Assembly (NCBI GenBank): GCA_013239625.1
Contig: MU053933.1
Location: 2,691,026 to 2,751,025, forward strand
DNA from: Lama guanicoe
Taxonomy: Eukaryota
Direction: 5' to 3'
DNA: 60,000 nucleotides
The notes beneath the pieces are model-generated. The model did no database searches and was not told the origin of the DNA. It was given only the letters and a program-made list of their open reading frames with translations. The position numbers and the translations under genes are program-made. Shown piece by piece: positions 36,541 to 48,000 of the stretch. Position 1 is the first letter of the stretch, and every line of letters starts with the position of its first letter.

Positions 36541-38554
36541 ATTAAACGTGTCTGTGTCACCAGAGCCTCCGGAGCCTCGTCTGCGCGCTGGCTGCGGCCT
36601 GCTGCTGTCCATACTACACCTTGTGCCGCACGTTTGCCCCAGCGGGACTCGCTTTAGGCTGGTTTCTGACTTCTCGCTGTGCGCCCGTGCTCGTAAGCGC
36701 TTCCTTTCTGGGTTTCAAGTCTCCACCCCCAAGCCCCCAGCCTCCCTCAGGCTCCCCTCTCTGCACGGCGCATCTCACCTCCACCAGCAAGAAAGGGGCC
36801 CCAGTGGCCTCCAGATGTTTGCTGTTGGCTTAGTGTCTCCCTAACCCGGCCCCCCACTCCCTGCCTGCTTCTCTGGCCACAGGGAGATGCCTGGGGACCT
36901 GAGGGCAGAGGTCCTTGTGGCAGAGATGGACACTCACTCTGCACCACCCGGGGGCAAGGGCTCTGCCAGCCCTGGAGCAGCCCACGGTCAGGCCAGCGAC
37001 AGAAGAGGGGTCTCTGGGGGATGCGGGATCCACCGCGCACTGGGGGTCACCAGGCAATGGCAGGGCCTTGTCCTCCCTGCCCCAGCCCTCCACGAGGCTG
37101 TGGGGGCCCACAGATCCAGGCCGGCCCGCAGACCCTGGGACCGGCCCTAGACAGAGCTAAGGTAAGTCATCCGCGGCTAACTGTCCTGGCAGTTCCGAGC
37201 GACCACCAGAAATGATCATATTTGTGACTCTCTTGGCTGGAAATTCTCCCCAGGGAGAAAGCGGCCGTCGCCTGTAGCCAGCATCGCAGGCTCCCCTACC
37301 GGTGCGCGGCAGGGCTGGCGTGACGGAGGCCGCAGACGCCGAAGTGACAAGTAGGAGGACCAGGCGACCAGACAGCAGTCCATTCAGCCTGACTGTGCGG
37401 CCGCAGCCGCCCAGGCGCACAAAGGGGCCTTGTTCCCGCCCGTCACGACCTCCCAGGCCCTGCTCGACCTCTCTCCCAGGACGTGATTAGGTGTGGGAAC
37501 TATTTCCCCTCACCCCGGGGGCTGCGTTTGACATTTGACATTCATTCTGGACCCCTGCCCCACCCCCTACAGCCTCCTCAGCCCCGCCTCCGGCAGGGGT
37601 CCCCATGTCCGGCCCAGCCGGCCTAGTGGCCTCCCCCTGGTCACCTTCCACTCTGGGCTCAGACACCCAGACTGCCAGGGAAAGATGGGGGCGGTGCAGA
37701 AGGGCACACGCCCCCACACACGCACAAAGACACAGAAAGATGGAGCGTTCTGTGCAGAGTAGTGGGTGCAGAATCCATTCCCTAAGGACACTGGCACACA
37801 CATGTGCACAACCTTCACACCCACACACGAGCACACACGCACACACATGCACACACAGGGCCCAACCAGCCCCAGCAGAGCTTCAGTCTCAGTGAAATCA
37901 GGGCTCGATGTCCCGTCCCGGCCTGCTGACTGCCACACTGGGCCTAGGGCTTGGAGCGGCCAGCGTTGGTCCCGCTCTCAGGAGTGGGACCCGAGGGGGA
38001 CCAGAGATGGTGCCAGGGCAGCGGGAAGGAATGTAATGTAAGGGGGTGTGGGGAGGGCGCTGGGGCCTGCCCGCTCCCTCTGTGCGGATCCAGCGCCTTC
38101 CCGGATAACCGGATAGCCGAGGGGCCAGGAGTGCCTTGTTGGAACTGTCCACCCAAACCGCAATTCCACAGCGGGGAGCAGGGGTCTGCGTGTTTACAGT
38201 GCAGCGGGGCAGCGGAAAGAGGCTCTTATAAACAGTGCCGGAGAATTGCAACATCGGGCTGTGCAGCCTCCAAACATGGGGTGGGCCCTCCACGGCGAGC
38301 GGGGACCCTGGGCCTGAGCCCTTGGGGGGCAGCATCTAGCAGGCCGGCAGGCGGGCCGCCCTCAGGCCCGTGAGCGGGGTCTGCCGTCTTCTGTTTGGCA
38401 AACTCGTGGCTGGGATGAAGTGTAGTGGGCAGGGGTCTCGTGTCCCTCCTCTAGCCGGGCCCCCTCCTCCTGGCAGCTCCTCCCCTCCCTCTGCAAAAGG
38501 GCCAGTGACCTGCCGGCAGCGGGGCATTTGGGGGAAGGTTTCCTGTCCTCAGCC

Positions 38555-38905
38555 TGCGGTGGCTGAGAAATGCCCCCACCCAAGTCCACGTTCAGTCCCA
38601 GGACCTGAATGTGACCTTACACAGACCCGGGCGCACCAAGCCCGGAGACCAGCTCACCCTGGGTCACCCAGGTGGCCCTAGACGCCACTGCAGGGGTCCT
38701 CACCGGACAGGACAGACACGCAGGGAGGAGGCCACGTGGCCCGGGGCCCGGCACCCGGAGCTGGAGAGGCGGGAGGGACCCTTCCTGGAGCCTCAGGCAA
38801 GAGTGCAGCCCTGCCATACCCGGATGAGGCCTTCTGCCTCCAGGCCACCACGGTTTAAGCCAGTCTGTGGTCTTTGTCATGGCAGCAGCCGTGGGACACG
38901 GAGAA
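38555..38905 (+). mobile_element. MLT1-type solo LTR
   Basis: gaatgtgaccttac...tttaagcc..tctgtggtctttgtcatggcagc pattern. Confidence 0.7.
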
Positions 38906-40339
38906 CCCCTCCCCACAGACGAGAGACACACGTTCTGTTCAAATCCCCCAACCAAGGGTGACAGACACTCAGGAAACTCAAGAAGGTGTCATCCGACTCC
39001 TGGGTAAGAAAAGTCACCGCTGAGCAGCGTTGGTCAGGCCAGTGCCTGAGGAGAGCCAGTGGTGCCAGGACCCACCCCAGGACACCCCTGACTTCTGTCA
39101 CCCTCTTCCTCGTCTGCCTGCAGAGCCCCGCCAGGCTGCAAACTCGGGCAACCCCGGAGTCCCTGGCCCCCGTCAGCACTGTGCCTGCACCTGCTCCTCC
39201 TTAAGCGGGGAGAACACGGGTCCTGAGGGGACGGCGGCCAGGCTGAGGTCAAAGGCGGCTCCAGGGAACCCAGGGGCTCCTGGGCCACCGGTGCTGCCTT
39301 GGCTGGACACGCTGGGAGCCTCCTGGGTGACGGAGCTGCTCCAGGCTCACGCGTGAGAGCGTGAGCTCACGCACCGGCATGCACCTGCACAGATGTTCAC
39401 GTGCAGTCTCACACACGCCTGCACAGACGTGGACACACTTGTCCACATCTGCACACACCCGCTCAGCATGTCCGCAGGTAGAGAGGAGTGGGGGAGCCTT
39501 CCAGGCTGAGTGACAAGAACACAGGTGAGCCGGGGACAGCCGGGCGGGCAGGGGCAGCACCTGCTCTGTCTGCCTCACGTGCCTGAAACTGCTCAGGTGG
39601 CTGACTTCCTGGGCGCGCAGGCTGAGTGCCCTCAGGAGAAGATGGCGCCTCGAGTGAGGTGAGGACCCCCACACGCTGGGCGCCCCCTTCCCGGCAGCTC
39701 CCTGACCCCCGATTCATGGCTGGGCACCCCGGCCTTTCCCAGAGCCAGCAGGAAGATGGAAGACTAAACAGTTTTGTCCACTTCTAATTTCCTGCAAAAC
39801 CCCTTCTGCCAAAATAAATAGATGTCCATCAGCTGCTCCGTCGCCATAGAGACACCGGTCTGCCTGGAGACAGAGGCAGGACAGCTGGCGGGGGAGCCCG
39901 GGGAATGGCCAGTCCTGCTTGCCTTTGTGGAGCAGGCGGGAGTCGGCTCCCTGATTCTTGGACGCAGGAAACATTAGGTGGAGCAGAGATGTCCCCCCAG
40001 GAGGCTCAGAGTCCCAGGAAGCTCGGGCAGGGGCCTCGACCAGACCGTCTGAACAGCCCCGGCCTCGGAGTCCAGACCCCGTCAGAGGCCCTGCCCACCC
40101 ACTCCCTCAACCTCAGGTAGAGCCCGGGTCCCCTCAAGGATGCTGACACTGCTAGGCAATTGCAGCCCTCAGGGGTCCCGTCCAGACTGCAGGCTTCACC
40201 CTGTCGGCTCAGAACACCAGCCCGACACTCCCCCCAAAGACCGTCCTGCGTGGTCCCCTGGGTGGGCTGTTTCCGTTACGGAGGACGGCGGTCGGGTGGC
40301 AGGGGGCTGAGCTCTCATCCTCAGACTCAGCCCACGGAG

Positions 40340-42060
40340 GTAACAGTTCTCCCCACACTGACAGGTGTCCAAGGCAATCTTAGCCAAATTCCCCCAGACT
40401 TTTGATGGAATCTGACAATGGAAACAGTAAATGTACACGTAGGAAGGACCAAGACAGCTCCGAAAAACACCAAGTAGGCAACTCAGTCCCGAGGGGGAAC
40501 AGTCTGCGGGGCTGACCCTACCCAACCCCAAGACCTGCTGGAGAGCTGCGGCCGCCAGGACGGAGCGGCACAGGGAGGGGAGCAGGACGGAGAGCCCAGA
40601 AACAGACCCACGTGCACACAGCCTCCTGGTCCTGCGTCAGCAAAGGCCCAAAGGCAGCACAACGGGAGAAGCAGAATTCTCAACCAACGATTCTGGAACG
40701 ACTGGGCATCACGTGAAAATCAGCGAATCCAGACACAGACCTCCCACCCTTCACAAAAATTAGCTCACGGGGGTCGCAGGCTTACATGTAAAATGCAAAA
40801 TGGTAAAGCTCCTGAAAGACAACAGGGGAGAGATTCTGTGTGACCTCGGTTTGGCAGCGACTTTCAGACACAACACCACAGGCACAGTTCACAGAAGAGC
40901 TGGTAGGCAGAATCTCTCTAAAACGAAAAGCAGTGTCTGTTCCCCAAAGGAGACCGTTAGGAGAGGGAGAAGACAAGCCACAGAGCGGGAGAAAATGTTT
41001 GCAAAACTCGGATCAGACAGAGGACTGTCACCCAAAATACACAAAACACCCGAAACCCACCGTGAGGCGGGAACATGCACAAAGTCCTGAACAGATACTC
41101 CGTCAAGAAGATGCACACACGTCCAGTCAGCGCACGGAAAGGTGCTCCCCGTCCGACGACGCCAGGGAAACCCAAATTGAAGCAATGAGTTACCACGACC
41201 CACCTCATAGAAGGGCCACAAGCCAGACGCCAACAACGCCCAGTGCTGGTGAGGACGGGGAGCCACGGGAACCCCCAGGCCCTGCCGGTGGGAACGCAGC
41301 ACCGTGCAGCCGCTTTGGAAGACAGCTGGGAGCTTCTCGCGACGCTAAGCGCACTCTGACCGTAGGACCCAGCAGTCAGGCTCCTGGGTGTTTCCCCAAA
41401 GGGATCGCACACAATGTCCACACGGAAACCTGCACACACACGTTTCTAGCAGCTTTGTTCACGATTCCTAAAGCTTCGAAGCCACCAAGAAGTCCTTCAG
41501 GAGGAGAGTGGATGCCTAAACCGCGGTCCATCCAGACAATGGAATATTATTCAGTGTTAAAAAGAGATGCGCGGTCAAGCCATGAAAAGACATGGAGGAA
41601 CCTTGGCCACTTGTTACTAAGCGCGAGAAGCCCCCCCGGAAAGGCCGCGTGCTGTGTGATCCCAGCTCCCTGACGTTCTGGAAAAGGCGCAACTGTGAAG
41701 ACAGTGAAAGGTCAGTGGTGCCAGGGGTTGGGGTGGGGGAGGGGTGAACAGGCGGAGCACACGGGGTCTTAGGGCAGAGGAACGCTTCCGTGTGACACTG
41801 TCACCGCAGACGTACGTCAGTCAAACCCGCAGAACGTGCAGCACCGGGAGTGGACCCTGATGTCAACTGCGGGCTCTGAGTGATTACGATGTGTCCACGT
41901 AAACTCGTTGATGGGAACAAAGGCACCGTGGTGGGGGAAGCTGAGAATTTGGTAAGTTACGCAGGCGTGGGGACAGGAAGTGCATGGGACATCTCTGTAC
42001 CTTCTGCTCAATTTTGCTGTGAACCTAGAAGTTTCCTAAAAGTCTACTTTTTAAAAAATG
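40340..42060 (+). mobile_element. Older LINE-1 (L1MC-like 3' end), heavily diverged
   Basis: Remnant ORF2 peptide (FLAALFTI...QTMEYYSVLK) and 3' end atctctgtaccttctgctcaattttgctgtgaacc typical of L1MC-type elements. Confidence 0.85.
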
Positions 42061-45000
42061 ACTCGGAAGGAAAAGTTTCCTTAATAGACCTCTAGAAACG
42101 TAAGAAGACACAAGCAAATAAGCAGGGTTTTGGGCCGCAGGAGTAGAGACACAACTCCGCGGAACAGGACCGAGAGCGCAGAGCGAGCTTCCTGCATCGG
42201 CGGGACCTCTGCACACGGCGAGGGGAGGGCATCTCAAGGAGGCAGAGAGGACGGACAGACGGAGACATGCATGTGGAGTCAGACCCTCTGAGACCCGTTT
42301 CACTCAAAAAAATTTTTTAATTATACGACCAGCAGAAGGGAACAGTTTCTGACCGTGGAGTGGGAAGAGCTTTCTGAAGCCAGGACCACACCCACGGGTC
42401 ACGAAGGGGCAGACGGACAAATCAGAGGACAGCAGAGGCTCAGAGAAAACTCCCCACAAACTAAGTAAAATGTAGGGGAGGCAGGAGGACTGCAAACGCG
42501 GAGGAAACCGGGGGGAACCAGGAGGGGGCGAGTGTGGCGGCAGTGAGTGGCCGGCGGCCCGTGGTCTCCAGCCACGGCCGACCTCAGGGCCTCCTGTTCC
42601 TCGGTGCCCGGAGCCGGGCCAGGAGTAAGACGTCCGTCAGGGGCTCTGGGCAGCCGCTCGGCTCTGACCCTCTTCCGATTCTCGGTGGGAAGCCGGCTGT
42701 CCTTGGCTCTGACGCAGCAATGCAGCCCATGCCCACGCCCTCCGGCCACTCTGAGCGGCCTCCGCGCCCCCGGGCGCAGCTGGGAATCCAGTCCGGGAGC
42801 GGGGTGGGGCCGGCCCTCCCGCCAGGACGGGCCCGGGTCTGACAGCTCTGGGAAGGCTGGGAAACCCGGGCGCCCGCGAGGGGCCGTCCCCGCGCCAGTG
42901 CCCACTGGACACCTCTTGGGGGTCCAGCCAAGGGCTCTCGCTCAAGGGCAGGTTCTGACTCAGCAGGCCTGGGGGGACCCCACATGCGGCATTTCTGCCC
43001 AGCGCCCAGGGAGGCCCGGGCTCGCTTGAGGGGACAGCCTTCAGCCCTGCTGCCACCTCCAGGGTGATGGCGGAAGCGGGGGGGCTCGAGCTGGTTGCTT
43101 CCCAGAAGGACCCCTCCCCTCGTACTTGGGCATCTGGGAGCCTAGTTCTGAGGAAGAGAAACTCCAGGGAGGGGATGGAAGGACAGGACCCCCCCCCCCG
43201 GCTCGTCACGGCCACAAAAAAGCAGTTTTTGTCTTGAAAACTCACCTGTTTCACTCGCATGGATTTTCTTCAGCTCAAGGGGACTGACTTAGCTGGACGC
43301 TTCTCTGTGCCCCTGGTTCTGGTCTCTCAGCTCCCCCAGCTGCGGAGGAAGTGGAGGCAGGAGGCCTGAAGACACAGAGACACTGAAGCCAAGCCCTGCC
43401 CTTGAGCTCAGAGCCCAGGGCGCCCAGACCCTCACCTCGGGCTGGCCCAGAGGGGGCGGGCCGGGGTGGGGACGAGGGGCCCCCAGGGCCCTCGAGCGGA
43501 TCCCGCCCCACGGGGGAGCTGTCAGGGGCTGGTCCTGGAGACTCGACCCCCAGAGCCAGAATGGCCGTGGACAGTCCTCTGGGGGCCGCAGGGCCCTCTG
43601 CTCATTCAAAGCGCGTAGGTCCTTGCATGAAACTTTCCCAGGTTTGGGTGGTGGCGCTTGCTTCCTTACCAGGGCTTCAGGCCTCCCCTCAAGGGGCCGT
43701 CCGCCCCCGGCTGACCCCACAACCTCCCAACCCCACACAGCAGAGCCTCCTTCCCAGGTCAGGGCTGGCCCCTCTATCTGGAGCAAGGGTTCTCATCCTT
43801 GCCGCGGCCGGGAGGCTGTCCTTGCAGCCCCAGTCTCTTGGGGACATGGAGTAGCCAGCTCCCAGCCTCCCACCAGCTTTGACACCGGCTCCCAGGATAC
43901 TGTGTCCCCCCAGTCACCCCACACCCAGGTGTTCACGTGGCCCCTGCCCCACACCCAGATCCCTGCCCACAGTGACATCCTGGTGCTTCCCCAGCCCGAG
44001 TGACCGCCCCCCTGCCCAGGGTGCAACCCCACCGAAGGCTGGGGTCTGCTCTCGGGCCCACTCGGGGGCAGGGATGGGCAGTGCAGCCTCTGTGGTAGGA
44101 CGGTCCCTGCACCTCCTCCAGAGCCCCTTGTTGGGCACCACCTGGTGGGCACCTCTGTCCCCCAACCCTGGACTCTGGGACCCCGACCATCCTCCCTGAC
44201 TCGCAGCCAGACCCCCTACAGCAGGGTGGGGGGCCAGGGGTAGAGGAGGATCAAGCTGGGGGCAGGTGTAGGGGTGTGCAGCCCCTCCTCCTCCCCAGAG
44301 GCCACTCTTGGGGGCTAGTTAATGTAGGGACCCCTCCACCAGACGCCTGCCCAGGAAGGGTGCACACTTTCAGGTCCCAGTCATGCAGGGAGCCTCCTGG
44401 CCGCACCTTGGTCACCATGGCCTCCAGGTGGTGGCCAGCTGTTGACCTCCACCACCACGGGAGGAGGAGCCATGCTGTCAGAGGGAGCCCTGCCCAAGGG
44501 GAGAGGCTGGTTGGGCGAGACCGGGAGGGGGCCCACGGGCTAGCTTCTAAGCTGAGGCCTGGGCCTGCCTTGGGGGCTCCAGAGGCGGGGGGGCAGGCCA
44601 GGGCTGCGAGGTGCTCCACTGTGTGCACCCCGACACCCAACCTGGGTGGATCTCCAGGCTCTGGGCCCCTCCTGTCCTGGAGGTGGGTCACTGCCCCCAT
44701 CCCAAATGGCTGATGGCCAGCCGGACGGGACATGGCCCAGCAGCCCACAGATCCGGGCACTGGGCCGCCTTCCCTGGACAGCAAGGCTGTCGAGGTCTCC
44801 TTCTGAGTCAGGCCAGGGTCGGGGGGCACCAGACGGCTGACCTCTCCTGGGTGCAGATGAGAAGGGGCGCCGGGCGTGGAGCCGGAGGGGTTGTGTCCGG
44901 GCAGGGGGGGGTGAGTGTGTGAGCAAATGTGAGCGTGTCCAAGCCTGTGTCGGTGTAAACATGTGAGTGTGTGAACGTGTGAGCGTGAGTGCAGATGGAA

Positions 45001-48000
45001 ACAAGCAGAGAAACAGAGACGGGATTGGGTTTTAGTCTTTCCGGTGACAAAACCCCACGAGGAGTCAGACCTGAAACCTCAGGACAGGACCCGCGGGGCG
45101 TCCTCGGCGGGGGTCCTGGGTCGGGGTCGGGGGCCCTGTGACTCTGGACAGGACGGGCAATGGCAGCTGCTGGACACACGCCTGGACGTCGCCGTCTCAG
45201 TGGGGCGGCGTGCGCGTCCCAATCACGTGGTGAGAAATAGGATATGACTGCGTCATCACGGGTTGAGAATCCTTTGTGTTTGGTTTCACACACTTTAAAA
45301 CAGCATTCTGAGAATAAAGAGGCTTCCCTGAGGGCCAGAGGGGTGAGGCACGGAAAAGGCCAAGAGGCCTGGTGTGGCCCCACCTGGACAGTGACGGCCC
45401 AGGTGGGGCATGGACCGGAGCCCACGTCTGCACCTGTGAGACAGTGCCCCCCGTCACCAGAGCCTCCAGGAGGAAGGAAGCCAGCCTGCGCGTGGGCCTG
45501 GCCAGCCTCTGGCTGCCCTGCTGTCCCCCTTGGGGCCCTGGCGCCGGCCGGTCCAAAGGCCTCGCCGGGAGTCTATTCTGGGAGTCGGTGTGGAGGCCGC
45601 TGGGGCTCCTTATAAGGCTCTGTCCAGCCTGGTGCCGCCTGAGCCCGAGGTCCGCCCTGCTACCCGGCCTGCAGCCAGGCCCCAGGGTGTAGAGACCCCA
45701 CCGCCCTCAGCCCACGGCGCCTGGATTCCCTCCTGTCTCCGATGGCGTTGACGCTTTCCTGAGATGTAAGTGAATTTAACCAGCATCGTGGTCCTGGGGG
45801 CCCTTGGGGGACAAGCAGGGAGCAGGGCTCCGGGCTGGCCAGCGCTGGCCTCACACATCCTTATGAGGAAGCGCCGGGTCCTGGCTGAGTCACCGGCCTG
45901 CGCCGACTCGGCCGTGGGAGCCAGTGATTCGGCTTATTTTTAGTCTCTTACCGGAACACCTGGGTTGGGCCCATAATACATGTATCTCAGTGGTTCAAAA
46001 ATATAACTTTACCGTGAGTCATTCAGCAGGGGACAATGAGCCAGCGAGGGGTTTCCTGAGACAAGCGGGCCTGGCTCCGTCCTGGCCCCTGGGGGGTGAG
46101 GCACCCCCAGGAGGACACGCCTGCACCGAGCCGCCCAGCAGGTCCCAGCTTCCTTTCAGAGGGAATCTGGAGAAACGTGACGTGGGAAACATGAGGCCAG
46201 GCATCTTCCCAGAGATGGGCCCGGACCCCTGGCGTTGAGCCTGGCACCTGAGGGGCTCTGACGGCCCTGGGTGCTGTCAAATGAGCAAACGGAGGAAGGA
46301 GCATGTGAGGGAGCAGGTGGGCCATCCTCAGGCCCCAGATCAGCCGTCCCAGGTGGCCTTAGGGCCATGCCCAGCGCGGTCCTGCAGTGACAGCTGACTG
46401 CGCAGGTGGCAGGACCTCTCTGCCCACTGTGTGTGGCAGGCCCGGGTCACAGGGCGAGGAAAACACTCCACATGCTCCCTAAGAGTTCTCACAAGGGTGA
46501 AGCCAGACACAGCAGGCGACGGGGAATGGTGGGAGCCCTCCCCTTGCCCCCAGCCACAGGCTGAGCCCTCTGGGCCTCACGGGGTGGGGGCGGGCATCCC
46601 TGGGAGCCCATTAGAGACAGGGCCTCAGCCCAGCAGCACTGGCTCCTCTTCCAGGCTCAGCGGGGCTGCGGTCATCTGAAGTTTGGACAGGGAGACGGCT
46701 CCCTCGCAGGGACCGCAGATGATGCCGGCCCCCAGGAGGGGGCTGGACCAGGCTGCCGAGCTGTGTGTCCACGTGTGGCCCCTCCACATGGCTTCTGCTT
46801 CTCCCAGCCTGGCAGCTGAGTTGAGAGTCGCGGTCCCAGTAGACCCAGGAGGACAGCGCACGGCTCCTGATGCGGTGAGCATGGAAGCCCCTGCTCCGTG
46901 CCCCTCCACCTCCGTCCTGCCCAGCTGCTCCTCAGTCCTCGGGGCCGTGCTGACCACCCCTCACCCTGCACGTTGGGACCCCGACTCCAGCCTCCTTTCT
47001 CCACACACACGTCGTCTGTACCAGGACTCGCACTGCCCGTGCAGAAGGCCTGCGGCTCGACGCTTGCCCCCAGTTCCCGGGCGGCTGGGGTGCGGGGTGC
47101 CCGCCCATGAGGCGCTCTGCAAGCCGTCAGGGAGTGAGCCCCGGCCGTGTGCACCCGGCAGGCTTTACACCAGGAGGACGCGGCTTGTGACCAGGACTTC
47201 GGTGTGACTGCAAATTCTCACCTCACCTGGTTGAGGACCGCGAACCGGCCGGGCCCTGACCCCCTGGGGCTGGGTCCGGGGACTCCGGGATTCTGCTGGC
47301 CTCCCCGCCCCGAGCCACCACCCGCTCTCCAGGCCCCTCGGCTGCCCTGAGACCTTGTGTCCCGCTCCAGGACGGGCCTTGCCTCTGAGGGCTCAGCACT
47401 GGGCTGGGGTCCACCCGCTCCTGCTGCTCCCCAGCAGCCTGGACGGCCATTGGAGGTAAAGGCGACTGGCCACCCGGGGCTCTCACGGTGTCGCCCCCAG
47501 CTTGAGAGCACTGGTCCCAGGGGCCTGGTGGTTACAGAGGCCCTTGTCAGCCTCCCCCGTCACTGCCATGTTTGCTGTCTGGGTAACGTGAGCAGCCCGG
47601 CCGCCGCCCAGCCGCCATGGGAAACCCTCAGCCGCGGGCCCCGCAGCGCGCAGAGCAGGTGCTCAGCGAGGGTTTCAGCGGCAACCGGGCAGGAGCGGCC
47701 CTTGGCAGGGAGCCGGCTCCGCGTGTGTCCCTGAGCACGCTCCTGCCGGGAGGCCGTGCGCAGGCACCGAGGTCCTGAGTTTCTGCCCTGGAGGACCGCC
47801 CCCTGGCCACCCGAGGGGTCCCAGCAGGGCCACGCCAGATGGCAGGTGGCCGTGCTCACTCCCTGAGGCCAGTGCAGGCTGCTGTCTCCAGGGTCACAGC
47901 CCCTTCTCACCGGCTCTCCGTAGGAATGCAGCACAGATTCAGGGCTCCTGCCCCACGTCTGGTCAGCCTCCAGGGGGATCGGCCACCAGGGTCTTCGCCA

